A stretch of DNA of 64,000 nucleotides from an uncultured Chloroflexia bacterium (GCA_963821235.1 CAWGCS010000001.1:616119-680118); one strand, 5' to 3'; positions 1 to 13,521 are shown, counted from the first letter of the stretch. A program made the numbers and translations. Notes: a model not told the origin generated them from the letters alone.

Positions 1-1449
1 ACCGACCAGGGAGAGCAGATGCTGGCCATCCGCTCGATCGCGACCGGCCAGCTGACCCTGCTGGGGCCGCCGACGTCCACCGGGGGGCTCCACCACGGGC
101 CGGTCTTCTACTACCTGGGGGCGCTCTTCGCCCTCCCGACCGGCGGCGACGACCCGACGGCTGTGACCTTCGGCATCGCCCTGGGCGGCATCGCCACCGT
201 CGGCTTCGTGTGGTGGCTCGCCCGGGCCGCCGGCGCCGGGCCTGTCGGGGCCGCGGTCGCCGGCCTCCTTGCCGCGGTCTCAGCCCAGATGATCGACGCG
301 TCCGTGCGCCTCTGGAACCCGGCTTTCGTGGCGCCGGGGGCGGCCCTGGCCCTCGCCGCCGCGCTCGAGGCTCGCCGCCGCCAGGATCCTCGCTGGTGGC
401 TGCTCGCCGCCGTCGGCTTCGTCGTCGCCGCCCAGTCGCACGTCCTGGCCTGGATCCTCGCGGTCCCGGTCGGCATCCTCGCCATCGCCGAGCTGCGCCG
501 CATGGGCCGCCGCGCGGTCCCGTGGCTGGCCGGGGCCGGGCTCCTCGTCGGCCTCACCTTCGTGCCCGTCGCCATCAACGAGCTGACGACCGGCTTCAGC
601 GAGATCGCGGCGCTGCTCCGGGCTCGGGCGGGGGTCGCCACCGACGAGGCTCCGCCGTGGCTGATCCGGGCGATCTTCGTGCCGATCCGCATCCTGGCGG
701 TGCCGCTCGTCCGGGACGTGGTCGCCTCGCTGGTCGCCACGACCGCCGCCGTGGGGCTGGTCGTCGGGGCGGTGGCCCTCGCGTCACGGCGCAGCGAGGC
801 GGCGGCGCCGGTGGCGCGCATGCTCGCCGTCGGGCTGGCCGTCGGGATCGTCGGCCTCGTGATCGGCGCCCCGTGGCTCTCCACCGTCACGCCGCTCTAC
901 GTGGACCACTACCACCTGGCCCTGGACCCGATCGTCTTCGCCCTGCTGGGTCTCGGGGCGGGCGTCCTCTGGCGGCGGGCGGTCGGGCGGGCGGTGGTGG
1001 CCGTCGTGGTCGGTGGGATCGTGGCCTGGAACCTCGTCGTCGTGCCCCTCCCGCCGGTCGACGCCGACGGCGGCTGGCCGGCGGGGCTGGCGGCCGGGCA
1101 GCGCGTCGTGGACGACCTGGGCGGAGCGCCGACCGTGGTGATCGGCGTCCCGAAGTTCAAGAAGACGACCGCCGTCAACTACCCGATGACGACCCTTGGG
1201 AACCCGCCGGCGAACGCGGGCCTGGACCCGGCGCTGGGCGGGGACGCGGCCGCCGGCGTGAAGGCGGGCGCGACCCGCGTCATCGTCCTCTGCGACCGGC
1301 TCTTCGAGGATGTCGTCGGGCAGGCCTGCCTGGGTCCGGCGGAGGCGACGCGGCTGGCCGAGGTGGGGATCGCGGCGGGCAGGATGCTGGACCGCTTCGA
1401 GGCCGCGCCGGGCCGCTGGGTCTCCGTCTACGAGATCGCCGCGCCCTGA
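1..1449 (+). CDS. GT-C fold (ArnT/PMT-like, GT39-type) membrane glycosyltransferase, probably 5'-truncated by the window edge
   Basis: Frame open from base 1 (TDQGEQMLAIR); GPPTS..HHGPVFYYL motif followed by many hydrophobic segments. Confidence 0.65.
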   Translation, partial: TDQGEQMLAIRSIATGQLTLLGPPTSTGGLHHGPVFYYLGALFALPTGGDDPTAVTFGIALGGIATVGFVWWLARAAGAGPVGAAVAGLLAAVSAQMIDASVRLWNPAFVAPGAALALAAALEARRRQDPRWWLLAAVGFVVAAQSHVLAWILAVPVGILAIAELRRMGRRAVPWLAGAGLLVGLTFVPVAINELTTGFSEIAALLRARAGVATDEAPPWLIRAIFVPIRILAVPLVRDVVASLVATTAAVGLVVGAVALASRRSEAAAPVARMLAVGLAVGIVGLVIGAPWLSTVTPLYVDHYHLALDPIVFALLGLGAGVLWRRAVGRAVVAVVVGGIVAWNLVVVPLPPVDADGGWPAGLAAGQRVVDDLGGAPTVVIGVPKFKKTTAVNYPMTTLGNPPANAGLDPALGGDAAAGVKAGATRVIVLCDRLFEDVVGQACLGPAEATRLAEVGIAAGRMLDRFEAAPGRWVSVYEIAAP

Positions 1450-1487
1450 AGGGGCCGCGGGACCGGGCCAGGCCAGGCGGCGGACAG

Positions 1488-1524
1488 AGCGAACGCCGGC
1501 GCCCCAGTAACGCCGGCGTTCGCT
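1488..1524. terminator. Hairpin between convergent genes
   Basis: Perfect 14-bp arms AGCGAACGCCGGCG / CGCCGGCGTTCGCT with a 9-nt loop; no U-tract. Confidence 0.55.
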
Positions 1525-1579
1525 GTCCCCGAGACCCGGGAGAGGAGGGCACTCCCGGGAGCGGTCTGTTGTGCGGTGG

Positions 1580-2101
1580 TCAGGGCCTCCCGGGCGGGCG
1601 GCGCCCGAGGATGGAGGCGGGGCGGACGGTGGTCACCCGACGGTCCGTCGGCAGGCCGACGACCGAGGCGAGGGGCGTGCTGGAGACCCGTGCCATCGGG
1701 CGGTCCGGGAGTCCCGGCCGGGGCACCGCGACCGGCGCCGGCCGCGCGAAGCGGCGCATCCGGACGGCGAGGTAGTACTCCATGACCTGGCGGACCTGCG
1801 GCTCGGCAAGGGCGTCGTCCGCGCGAAGGGCGTACTCGACGCGCGCGGCCGGGTTCATCGTCGCGCCGCTGGACACGAGGCCGAGGTACTGCGGAGCGTC
1901 CGCGTCGTCGCGAAGCTCGCGCAGCCCCTTGGCCAGCTTGGTCGCGGTCCCCAGTGATGGGGTCCTGTCGCCGCGGACGAGGCGGGAGATCGTCGAGTGG
2001 TCGACGCCCGACGCCTGCGCCAGCTGGCGCTGCGACATCTTCTTGGCCTTGAGCTGTGCGCGCAGCCACTCGTTGAAGGGCCGGCCGTTCTGCTCAGTCA
2101 T
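1580..2101 (-). CDS. XRE-family helix-turn-helix transcriptional regulator
   Basis: FNEWLRAQLKAKKMSQRQLAQASGVDHSTISRLVRGDRTPSLGTATKLA is a typical HTH_3 domain; start uncertain (ATG 2101 or TTG 2149). Confidence 0.85.
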   Translation of the reverse strand: MTEQNGRPFNEWLRAQLKAKKMSQRQLAQASGVDHSTISRLVRGDRTPSLGTATKLAKGLRELRDDADAPQYLGLVSSGATMNPAARVEYALRADDALAEPQVRQVMEYYLAVRMRRFARPAPVAVPRPGLPDRPMARVSSTPLASVVGLPTDRRVTTVRPASILGRRPPGRP

Positions 2102-2259
2102 TCCTCGGTGGGCGCTCCGTGGGGTCCGCGGCAGCTCCGCGTGCGCCAACTATCGAGAGTGGCGCATTCGGGAACCATGACCCGTTCGTACCCCGGGTCA
2201 TGCCATGGCCGGAGCGGAGGTACCAACGCTCGCGCGAGCGCGGTCCACGCCTGACCGGC

Positions 2260-3369
2260 TCAGGCCTCGGCGGCGGCCCTCCCGGGCGGCTCGGGGATGC
2301 GGCCTTCGCCGCGCGGCTTGGCCGACAGGACGTAGGCGATCGACCCCAGGACGATGATCGAGAAGACGCTGATCACGCGGTCCAGGAGGGCGATCGCGGT
2401 GGCCTCGGCGAGGGGGACCTTGTAGGCGACCGTCAGGACGCCGACGATGCCAGCCTCCACGATCCCCAGCCCGGCCGGGCTGAGCGGGACGGCCGTCAGC
2501 AGCGAGCCGATGAGGGCCACGAAGACGGCCCCGGAGAGGCCCAGCGAGACGCCCGGGAACCCGAGCGCCTGGACGACGAGCCAGAGGCGGATCGACTCCG
2601 ACGCCCAGATGAGGCCCGTGATCACGAGGAGGCGCGGCAGTGCCCGCCAGCCGATGGCGCCGAAGACGCCCTGCTCGAAGCGGTCGTACAGATCGAGGAC
2701 CGTCTCCTTGCGGGGCAGGGGCAGGGCCGCCAGCACCCGGTGGCCGGCGCTGCGCAGGAAAAGCAGCCCGACGGCCAGGACGACGACGACCCCCACGCCG
2801 ATCGCCGCCACGACCTGGATCTCCGGCGGGAGGCCCGTCCGGAAGCTCCAGAAGCCCGCGGCGAGACCGAGGCTCGCGATCGCGAACAGGTCGAGGACCC
2901 GCTCCATGAAGACGGTCCCGAAGGTCCGCGAGAGCGAGGCGTGGCTGTTGACCTTGAGCAGGTAGGCCCGGTAGACGTCGCCGAGCTTGGCCGGGACCAC
3001 GCAGTTGACGAGCCAGGACAGGAAGATGATCTCGGTCGCGTCCCTCGTCGGGCAGTAGAAGCCGGTGCCGCGCAGGAGGAGCGCCCAGCGGTAGCCGCGC
3101 AGGGGGAAGCCGAGGTAGTAGATCGCGAACGCCGCCGCGACGAGGAGCGGGCTGGCGTTGAGGATCAGCCCCGGGACCTTGGCCAGCTGGTCGCGGTTGA
3201 GGCCGATGAAGATGGCGATGATGACGAGCGGGACGAGGATCGAGACGATCGTCCGCGGCTGGCGCAGCCGGCGCCCGAGGGAGACCTGCTCGACCGTGAC
3301 CTCCCGTTCCGCGGGCGGGGCGGGCTCGCCGGGAGCGGCGTCGAGGGAGGCGCCGGGCGAGGTGCTCAC
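2260..3369 (-). CDS. Lysylphosphatidylglycerol-synthase TM domain / flippase-like protein (UPF0104)
   Basis: Multi-TM protein with RGYRW, VVPAKLGDVYRA, ERVLD and PLSPAGLGIVE motifs. Confidence 0.85.
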   Translation of the reverse strand: MSTSPGASLDAAPGEPAPPAEREVTVEQVSLGRRLRQPRTIVSILVPLVIIAIFIGLNRDQLAKVPGLILNASPLLVAAAFAIYYLGFPLRGYRWALLLRGTGFYCPTRDATEIIFLSWLVNCVVPAKLGDVYRAYLLKVNSHASLSRTFGTVFMERVLDLFAIASLGLAAGFWSFRTGLPPEIQVVAAIGVGVVVVLAVGLLFLRSAGHRVLAALPLPRKETVLDLYDRFEQGVFGAIGWRALPRLLVITGLIWASESIRLWLVVQALGFPGVSLGLSGAVFVALIGSLLTAVPLSPAGLGIVEAGIVGVLTVAYKVPLAEATAIALLDRVISVFSIIVLGSIAYVLSAKPRGEGRIPEPPGRAAAEA

Positions 3370-4100
3370 CGTCCCGGGCCTGCGACCGGCCGGATCCGGC
3401 CGTTCCCCCGCGCCCGCTGGACGAGCTTGGCCACCGGCGTGACGGCGCGCACGAAGTAGGTCGCCCGGCCGGGGATGGGCTGGGCCGAGGCGAGGGCCGC
3501 GAGGAGCCCGGCCGCCGTGGACGGGTCGCCATTCAGGCGCGTCGCGGCCACCCCGACCTCGAGGAGGGAGTGGGCGTCGGAGACGGCGACGCCGGGGATC
3601 CCGGCCGACCGCGCGAGGGCGGCGGCGCGCTCGTTCCCCTCGCGGAAGACGACCCGGGCGTTGAAGGCCTCGATCCAGTCGACCAGTGCGGCGAGCTCGC
3701 GGATGTCGTCCTCCGTGTTGCCGATGGACCCCCGCTGGCGGTCGAACGGGTGGGGGATCCCGACGAGGCCGCCCTGGGCGCGGACGCGGGCGATCGCCTC
3801 CGCCGGCGCGAGCCCCGGCGGGATCGGCGCCTCGAGGAAGAGGGCGATGAGGTCGCCGCCGGTCGTCTTGACCTCCTCGCCGACGATCACGGTGAGGCCG
3901 GGCACCGCCGCGTCGCGGGCGCGCAGCGCGCCGTCGATCCGATCGTGGTCGGTCACGGCCAGGTGGGTCAGGCCCCGGTCGCGGGCGGCGCGCGCCACGC
4001 GGGCCGGATCGGCGAGGCTGTCGAAGCTCGCGCTCGTATGGCAGTGGAGGTCCATGAACGCCACGCCGGCGGCCGGTCGGCGTCCCTCGTCGCGTTCCAT
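3366..4100 (-). CDS. PHP-domain phosphoesterase
   Basis: DLHCHT, AVTDHD, GEEV, PHPF and SDAH motifs. Confidence 0.9.
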   Translation of the reverse strand: MERDEGRRPAAGVAFMDLHCHTSASFDSLADPARVARAARDRGLTHLAVTDHDRIDGALRARDAAVPGLTVIVGEEVKTTGGDLIALFLEAPIPPGLAPAEAIARVRAQGGLVGIPHPFDRQRGSIGNTEDDIRELAALVDWIEAFNARVVFREGNERAAALARSAGIPGVAVSDAHSLLEVGVAATRLNGDPSTAAGLLAALASAQPIPGRATYFVRAVTPVAKLVQRARGNGRIRPVAGPGR

Positions 4101-4108
4101 CCGGGTGG

Positions 4109-5107
4109 TCAGACCTGCTGGACCAGGGACTTCTTGAAGAAGTCGAAGTGCTCGAGGGCGATGCCCGTCCCGAGGGCGACGCAGTTGAGGGGGTTCTCCG
4201 CCACGTGGCAGGGAACGCCGGTCACCTGGGTCAGGAGCTTGTCGATGTTGCGCAGCAGCGAGCCGCCGCCCGACATCACCATGCCCTTGTCGATGATGTC
4301 GGAGGAGAGCTCGGGCGGCGTCTGCTCGAGGACCCCGCGCACGGCCGCGACGAGCTGCTGGAGCGGCATCTCGATCGCCTCCATGACCTCCGACGAGGTG
4401 ATGGGGATCGTCCGCGGCAGGCCCGCGATGAGGTCGCGTCCGCGGACCTCCATCTGCAGCTCGCGCTCCAGCGGGAGGGCGGTGCCGATCTGGATCTTGA
4501 CGTCCTCGGCCGTCCGGTCGCCGACCATCAGGTTGTACTTCTTGCGGATGTAGCTGGCGATCGCGTCGTCGAAGCGGTTCCCGCCCACCCGCAGGCTGTT
4601 GCTGACGACGATCCCGCCGAGGGCGATGACCGCGATCTCGCTCGTCCCGCCGCCGATGTCGATGATCAGGTTGCCGGACGGCCCGCTGATCGGCACGTTG
4701 GCCCCGATCGCGGCGGCCAGCGGCTCCTCGATGAGGAACGCCTCCCGCGCCCCGGCCTTGAGGGCCGCGTCGCGCACGGCGCGCTTCTCCACCGACGTCA
4801 CGCCGGCGGGGACGCTGATCATGACCTCCGGGCGGCTGAGGGCGATGGTCCCCTTCCGGGCGCGGCCGATGAAGTAGCGGAGCATCGCCTCGGTGATGAC
4901 GTAGTCGGCGATGACGCCGTCCTTCATCGGGCGGATGGCCTGGATGTTGCCGGGCGTCCGGCCGATCATCTCGCGGGCTTCCTCGCCCACGGCGACGATC
5001 CGGTTGTCCTCGCTCACCGCCACGACGGACGGCTCCTGGATGACGATGCCGCGCCCCTTGACGTAGACGAGGACGTTGGCGGTGCCGAGGTCGATGCCGA
5101 TCTTCAT
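4109..5107 (-). CDS. mreB: Rod-shape determining actin-like protein (MreB/Mbl)
   Basis: [34 protein letters not shown] motifs. Confidence 0.95.
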   Translation of the reverse strand: MKIGIDLGTANVLVYVKGRGIVIQEPSVVAVSEDNRIVAVGEEAREMIGRTPGNIQAIRPMKDGVIADYVITEAMLRYFIGRARKGTIALSRPEVMISVPAGVTSVEKRAVRDAALKAGAREAFLIEEPLAAAIGANVPISGPSGNLIIDIGGGTSEIAVIALGGIVVSNSLRVGGNRFDDAIASYIRKKYNLMVGDRTAEDVKIQIGTALPLERELQMEVRGRDLIAGLPRTIPITSSEVMEAIEMPLQQLVAAVRGVLEQTPPELSSDIIDKGMVMSGGGSLLRNIDKLLTQVTGVPCHVAENPLNCVALGTGIALEHFDFFKKSLVQQV

Positions 5108-6450
5108 GAAGGCGTGCTGCTCACCTGCTCCGGGAGGCGCTCGATGCGAGCGCCGAGGTCGTGGAACTTGCGGTCGATGTTCTCATAGCCGCGCTGCACG
5201 TGATGGGCGCCGTGGATGGTGGAGGTCCCCTCGGCGGCCAGCGCGGCAAGAATGAGCGATGCGCCGGCCCGCAGGTCGCTGATGTCGACCTCGGCCCCGC
5301 GAAGGTGGGCCGGCCCGCTGATCTCGGCGTGGTGCGAATCGAGGATCGCGACCGCCGCGCCCATCTTGCGCAGCTCAGCCAGCCACTCCAGGCGGTCCTC
5401 GTAGATCGTCTCGTGGAGGCGGCTGGTCCCCGCGCCGCGGGTCATGAGCACGCTCGTCGGGGACTGCAGGTCGGTGGCGAAGCCCGGGTAGGGCCCGGTC
5501 TCGACGTCCGCCGCACGGTAGGCGCCGCCGCCCGGGGCGATCCCCTCGACCTCGATCGTGTCCTGCCCGCAGGCGACCTGGACGCCCATCCGCCCCATCA
5601 CCTCGACGAACGAGCCGAGGAACTCGCAGGGCGCCCCCTCCAGGGTGATCCGCCCGCCGGCGACCGCGGCGGCGACCACGAACGTGCCGGCCTCGATCCG
5701 GTCGGGGACCACCCGGTGCTCGGCGCCGCGCAGCCGGCGCCGACCTTCGACCGTGATCGTGTCGGGAGCGGTCCGCTCCACCGCCGCGCCCATCTTGCGG
5801 AGGAACGCCAGGAGGTCGTCCACTTCCGGTTCCTGGGCTGCCGGGCGGATGACGGTCGTCCCCTCGGCCAGGGTGGCGGCGAGCATCGCGTTCTCCGTGC
5901 CCATCACGGAGACGAAGGGGAAGGTCACCGCGCCCCCGCGAAGGCGCCCTGGCGCCTTGGCCAGGTAGTAGCCGTTGCGGTACTCGATCTGGGCGCCCAG
6001 TGCCCGCATGGCGTCGACGTGGAGGTTGACCGGGCGGCGCCCGATCCGGTCGCCGCCGGGGTTGCTGATGATGACGTGGCCGAAGCGGGCCAGGAGCGGG
6101 CCGAAGAGGATGAAGCTGGCCCGCATCTTGGCGGCGGCCTCGAGCGGCACGAAGAGCCAGTCGACGTCGCCGGCGGCGATCTCGTAGACGCCGTGGTTCG
6201 GATGGTCGACCACCACGCCGAGGTCGGCGAGGGTCTCGGCCATGACCCGGACGTCCTCGATCTCCGGGACGTTGGTGAGCCGGCAGCGCTCGCCGGTCAG
6301 GACGGCGGCTGCGAGGAGCTTGAGGGCGGCGTTCTTCGCGCCGCTGATCTGGACCGTGCCGGACAGGGGCCGGCCGCCCTCGACCCGGAAGACCTCCCGG
6401 GCGACGGGGTCCGGGGTGAACTCCCAGTGGAACGGGCGGGCGTCCGCCAT
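5104..6450 (-). CDS. murA: UDP-N-acetylglucosamine 1-carboxyvinyltransferase
   Basis: [39 protein letters not shown] motifs; ATG 6450 with GAGGA SD. Confidence 0.95.
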   Translation of the reverse strand: MADARPFHWEFTPDPVAREVFRVEGGRPLSGTVQISGAKNAALKLLAAAVLTGERCRLTNVPEIEDVRVMAETLADLGVVVDHPNHGVYEIAAGDVDWLFVPLEAAAKMRASFILFGPLLARFGHVIISNPGGDRIGRRPVNLHVDAMRALGAQIEYRNGYYLAKAPGRLRGGAVTFPFVSVMGTENAMLAATLAEGTTVIRPAAQEPEVDDLLAFLRKMGAAVERTAPDTITVEGRRRLRGAEHRVVPDRIEAGTFVVAAAVAGGRITLEGAPCEFLGSFVEVMGRMGVQVACGQDTIEVEGIAPGGGAYRAADVETGPYPGFATDLQSPTSVLMTRGAGTSRLHETIYEDRLEWLAELRKMGAAVAILDSHHAEISGPAHLRGAEVDISDLRAGASLILAALAAEGTSTIHGAHHVQRGYENIDRKFHDLGARIERLPEQVSSTPS

Positions 6451-6477
6451 GGCGATCCTCACGCGGTCGGGCGGGCG

Positions 6478-6906
6478 CTACCCGCGCCGGCGCGACCCCT
6501 CCCGGTGGCGACGCTCGGCGACCCGGATCCGGACCAGGGCGGCCTGCAGCGCCGCCCGGGCCTGGGCAAGGTCGGCCGGCTCGACGAAGCCCGCCTCCAG
6601 GGCCCGCTCCGCGTCGCGGCGGGCCTCCTCGGCCCTCTCCAGGTCGATCTCCGCGGCCAGGTCGGCCGTCTCCGCCATCACCACGACCCGGTCGGGGCGG
6701 ACCTGGACGAAGCCGCCGACGATCGCGAACGACTCCTCCGTGCCACCCTTGCGGATGCGCAGCTCCCCGACGCCGAGCTGCGAGATGAGGGGAGCGTGAT
6801 GCGGCAGGATCCCCAGCTCGCCCTCGCTGCCCGGCAGCACGACGGAGTCGACGTCGTCGCTGTAGGCCCGCTTCTCCGGGGTGACGATCTCGAGGTGGAT
6901 CGGCAT
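6478..6906 (-). CDS. atpC: ATP synthase F1 epsilon
   Basis: LEIVTPE..GELGILPHHAPL; position in atp operon. Confidence 0.95.
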   Translation of the reverse strand: MPIHLEIVTPEKRAYSDDVDSVVLPGSEGELGILPHHAPLISQLGVGELRIRKGGTEESFAIVGGFVQVRPDRVVVMAETADLAAEIDLERAEEARRDAERALEAGFVEPADLAQARAALQAALVRIRVAERRHREGSRRRG

Positions 6907-6917
6907 GCTCGCGTCCC

Positions 6918-8357
<1,440 letters not shown>

Positions 8358-9209
8358 TCAGCGCGCCTGGGCGCCGGACGCGATCTCGATCATCTCGCTG
8401 GTGATGTTGGCCTGGCGGACCTTGTTGTAGGAAAGCGTCAGGTCCTCGATGAGGTCCTCGGCGTTCTCGGTCGCGTTCTTCATCGCCACCATCTTGCTCG
8501 ACATCTCCGAGGCCGTGGTCTCGAGGACCGCCTGGAAGACGCGCGTCGCGACGTAGCGCGGGAGGAGCTGGCGGAGGACCGTGGCCGGGTTCGGCTCGAA
8601 GATGAACTGGCCCCCGGGGATCCCCTTGGTGTCGGCCGCCGGGCGGATGGGGAGGATCGGCTCGAGGACCGGCCGCTGGACCAGGGTCGAGACGAACTGC
8701 GGGAAGACGAGGTCGATCTGATCGTGGGTCCCGGCCAGGAAGTCGTCGGTGATGAGGCGGGTGAGCGGCGTCACGTCGGCGAAGCTGGGGCGGTCCCCGA
8801 AGCCGGCGAAGTGAGCCTCCAGGGGGAGGCGGGCGCGGCGCAGGGCGTCGCGGCCCTTGCGGCCGACGGTGACCACGCCGACGCCGCCCTCGTGGTCGAG
8901 GATCTCCTTGAGGGCGAAGCGGACGGTGTTGGTGTTCAGCGGCCCGGCCAGGCCCCGGTCGGTCGTGATCACGACGAAGAGGCGCCGGCCGCCGTCGTGG
9001 CGGGCCAGCAGCGGATGGTGGTCCGCATCGAGGACGGCCGCGAGGTCGGCCAGGACTTCGTCGATCAGGTCGCTGTACGGGCGGGCGGAGAGCGTGGCGT
9101 CCTGGGCGCGCTTGAGCTTCGACGCGGCGACGAACTGCATCGCCCGCGTGATCTGCTTGATGTTCCGGACGGCGCCGATGCGCCGGCGGATGTCGCGCTG
9201 GCTGGCCAC
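8358..9209 (-). CDS. atpG: ATP synthase F1 gamma
   Basis: QITRAMQFVAASK, DRGLAG, RQANITSE. Confidence 0.97.
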   Translation of the reverse strand: MASQRDIRRRIGAVRNIKQITRAMQFVAASKLKRAQDATLSARPYSDLIDEVLADLAAVLDADHHPLLARHDGGRRLFVVITTDRGLAGPLNTNTVRFALKEILDHEGGVGVVTVGRKGRDALRRARLPLEAHFAGFGDRPSFADVTPLTRLITDDFLAGTHDQIDLVFPQFVSTLVQRPVLEPILPIRPAADTKGIPGGQFIFEPNPATVLRQLLPRYVATRVFQAVLETTASEMSSKMVAMKNATENAEDLIEDLTLSYNKVRQANITSEMIEIASGAQAR

Positions 9210-9232
9210 GCTGTGCTCCCGGCTCCGGCGGG

Positions 9233-10768
<1,536 letters not shown>

Positions 10769-10828
10769 TCAGTGCTCCAGTCGGTGGCGCAGCGGGCCGG
10801 CGGGCGACCAGCGCGGCGCGGGGCGGGG

Positions 10829-11374
10829 TCAGCGGGCTCCTGCGACGATGCGGTCGCGGAGCCGCTCCAGGCGTCCCCGCACGCTGGCATCGATGAGACG
10901 GTCGCCGATGCGGACCGTGACGCCCCCGATGAGGTCGGGGTCGATCGCGGTGGCGACCTCGGCCCGCGCGCCGGTCATCTCCCGGACACGGGCGCCGATC
11001 GCCTCGAGCTCGGCGGGCTCGAGCTCGACCGCGCTCGTCACGGTCGCCACGACGACGCCGCGCTCGCGATCGACGAGCCGCTTGTACTCCGCGGCCACGG
11101 CGGGCACCGACGAGAGTCGGCCCTGCTGGGCGAGGAGGAGGGTCAGGTTGTGGGCCTGCGGCGAGATCCGCGACCCGAGGAGGCGGGCGAGCACGTCGCG
11201 GCGGGCCGCCAGGGGGATCGTCGGGTTGTCGACGACGCGGGCGACGTCCGGCTGGGCGACGACGTCCGCGGCGACGCGGAGGTCGTCCAGCCATCGGTCG
11301 AGCGTCCCGTCCCGCCGGCCGAGCTCGAAGACCGCCTCGGCGTAGCGGCGGGCCGCCGCCGTCGGGCGGGGCAT
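10829..11374 (-). CDS. atpH: ATP synthase F1 delta
   Basis: MPRPTAAARRYAEA...DPDLIGG...IDASVRGRL; ATG overlaps the atpF stop. Confidence 0.95.
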   Translation of the reverse strand: MPRPTAAARRYAEAVFELGRRDGTLDRWLDDLRVAADVVAQPDVARVVDNPTIPLAARRDVLARLLGSRISPQAHNLTLLLAQQGRLSSVPAVAAEYKRLVDRERGVVVATVTSAVELEPAELEAIGARVREMTGARAEVATAIDPDLIGGVTVRIGDRLIDASVRGRLERLRDRIVAGAR

Positions 11375-11940
11375 CAGGCCTTCGCCCCCGGGACGCCGGG
11401 CTCGGCGAGGAACTCCTCGACGAGGCGGCGCTGGCGCTGGCCGTCCATGGTTTCGCGGACGACGCGTCCGGCCGCCGCAAGGGCGAGGTCGGCGACCTCG
11501 GCTCGCAGGTCGGCGATGGCGCGCCCCTTCTCGGCCTCGATCTCGGCGGCCGCCCGGACCCGCATCCGCTCCAACTCGGCGCGGGTCGCGGCCATGTCCG
11601 CCTCGCGCGTCTCCTGGGCGACCTTCTGGGCCCGCTCCACGATGTCGCGGGCCTCGCGCCGCGCAGCGGCGAGCTGCTCGGCCGTGGCGGCGGCGGCGCG
11701 CTCGAGGTCGAGGCGCGCCTGCTCGGCGTTCTTCAGCCCCTGCTCGATCCTCGCCCGCCGGTCGTCGAGGATCCGGGTGACCGGGTTCCACGCGAAGACC
11801 GTGAGGATCGCGAGGAACAGCACGAAGTTCGTGGCGACGACGATGATCCAGAACACGTTGATCTGGATCCCGGCCCCGCCTTCGGCCGCCACGGCGCCGG
11901 CTGCGGCGGTGATCGCCGAGCCGGCCGCGTACAGGTCCAC
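11374..11940 (-). CDS. atpF: ATP synthase F0 subunit b
   Basis: N-terminal TM (NFVLFLAIL...PV..ILDDR) then a charged coiled coil; GGAGGAG SD. Confidence 0.93.
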   Translation of the reverse strand: MDLYAAGSAITAAAGAVAAEGGAGIQINVFWIIVVATNFVLFLAILTVFAWNPVTRILDDRRARIEQGLKNAEQARLDLERAAAATAEQLAAARREARDIVERAQKVAQETREADMAATRAELERMRVRAAAEIEAEKGRAIADLRAEVADLALAAAGRVVRETMDGQRQRRLVEEFLAEPGVPGAKA

Positions 11941-11967
11941 GGCGTTCTCCTCCGGTCCGGTCGCGGA

Positions 11968-12195
11968 CTAGGCCGCGGTGCCGCCGCCGAGCAGGATCGC
12001 GAGGATGCCGACGACGATCGCGAGGACGCCGAGGCCTTCGGCGAATGCCGCGCCGATGATGAAGGTGGCGCGGATCTGGGGCGCCGCCTCCGGGTTCCGC
12101 CCGATCGCCGCCGTGGACATCCCGGTCAGGATCCCCACCGCGAGGGCCGGGCCGAGCACGCCGAACGCGGCGAGACCCGCTCCTAGGTTCTCCAT
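11968..12195 (-). CDS. atpE: ATP synthase F0 subunit c
   Basis: Helical hairpin with RNPE loop and FAEG carboxylate. Confidence 0.95.
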   Translation of the reverse strand: MENLGAGLAAFGVLGPALAVGILTGMSTAAIGRNPEAAPQIRATFIIGAAFAEGLGVLAIVVGILAILLGGGTAA

Positions 12196-12269
12196 GCTGT
12201 TCCTACCTCCCTGCCTCCGGCGCCCCGATGGTCGGGGCGACCGGGCTGTTCCGTTGTTGACTGGGGTGC

Positions 12270-13247
12270 TCAGGCCGCCTGGACTTCCTCGTGCTGCTCG
12301 GAGTGGCCCTCGATCGCGAGCATCGTGAAGATGAGGGTCAGGACCGAGAAGATGAGGGCCTGGACGAACCCCACGAAGGTCTCCAGGCCGACGAGGAGGA
12401 CGGGGACGAAGGCGACCGTGAGCGAGGTGATGACGGCGAGGGCCAGCTCACCGCCGTAGATGTTGCCGAACAACCGCATCGCCAGGGTGATCGGTTTCAC
12501 GAACTCGAGCAGGAACTCCATCAGCCCGACGAAGAGGGAGATGAGCCCGGCCGAGACCCCGTTCCTGAACTCGCGGAGGCTGAAGAACTTCCCGAAGTAT
12601 CCACCCACCCCCAGCGAGCGGATGCCCGACACGTGGAAGGTGAGGAAGCTGACGATCGCCAGCCCGAAGGTGACGTTGATGTCGCTGGTGGGGGCGCGCA
12701 GGAGCTCGATCTTGCCGACCGGGGGAATGAGCCCGCTCCAGTTCGACAGGATGATGAGGACGAAGAGGCTGGCGAAGAGAGGGATGAAGGCTTTCGCCCT
12801 CGGCCCGCCGAGGGCCGTGCCGAAGCCCGACAGGCTCTCATAGACGTACTCCACCGCGTTCTGGAGGCGGCCCGGGACCTCGCGGCGACCGCGCGTGCCG
12901 GCGATCACCAGGACGGTGGCCACCAGCATCACGATCCACAGGGTGACGATGGTGTTGGTGATCGTGAGGTCGAAGAAGACCATGTCCTTGGGGCCCGGCG
13001 CGCTGGTGGGGTCGAGGTCGAGCACGACGTGCGGGGGGATCGGCTCCAGGTTGCCCCTGATCGCGTCCGCCGGGAACGAGTACGGCTTGGTCGGGTCGGC
13101 GGCGTTCTGGGGCGGGAAGAGGACGAGGGCGAGGGCGTCGATCAGGATGACCGCGAGAAAGGCGCCGATCCAGAGGTTGCGCCGCCGCTTCGAGGCCGCT
13201 CGGGGGGCCTCGACGGTGCTCGCCGCCGTCTCCTGCTCGCTCGTCAC
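12270..13247 (-). CDS. atpB: ATP synthase F0 subunit a
   Basis: PTSDINVT, KPITLAMRLFGNI, VQALIF; N-terminal extension with an extra TM segment. Confidence 0.95.
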   Translation of the reverse strand: MTSEQETAASTVEAPRAASKRRRNLWIGAFLAVILIDALALVLFPPQNAADPTKPYSFPADAIRGNLEPIPPHVVLDLDPTSAPGPKDMVFFDLTITNTIVTLWIVMLVATVLVIAGTRGRREVPGRLQNAVEYVYESLSGFGTALGGPRAKAFIPLFASLFVLIILSNWSGLIPPVGKIELLRAPTSDINVTFGLAIVSFLTFHVSGIRSLGVGGYFGKFFSLREFRNGVSAGLISLFVGLMEFLLEFVKPITLAMRLFGNIYGGELALAVITSLTVAFVPVLLVGLETFVGFVQALIFSVLTLIFTMLAIEGHSEQHEEVQAA

Positions 13248-13296
13248 GGTCGCTCCACGCGAAGGGGCGCGACCGTCGTGGTCGCGCCCGCGATGC

Positions 13297-13521
13297 TCAT
13301 TGGTCGGTGCTGGCCAGGAACCGCCTGATCAGCCGCAGGACTGCCACCCATCCCACCGCGAGCCCGGCGAAGAAGCCGCCCAGGGTCAGGATGGGGATCG
13401 CTCCCAGCTGCTCGCCGGCCCAGTAGCCGAGGAGGGCGCCGCCGAGATTGGTGACGAGCAGGATCAACCCGACCTGGGAGAAGAGCGCGAAGTACGCGCC
13501 GGCCCGTCCGAGCCCGCTCAT
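13297..13521 (-). CDS. AtpZ/AtpI-family small membrane protein
   Basis: Two TM helices with GALLGYW motif directly upstream of atpB; TATACT -10 at 13545-13550 (minus). Confidence 0.75.
   Translation of the reverse strand: MSGLGRAGAYFALFSQVGLILLVTNLGGALLGYWAGEQLGAIPILTLGGFFAGLAVGWVAVLRLIRRFLASTDQ

Noticed and set aside
11968-12195. Na+-coupled ATP synthase
   Set aside because: Subunit c has FAEG and lacks the Gln and ES/T residues of the Na+-binding signature
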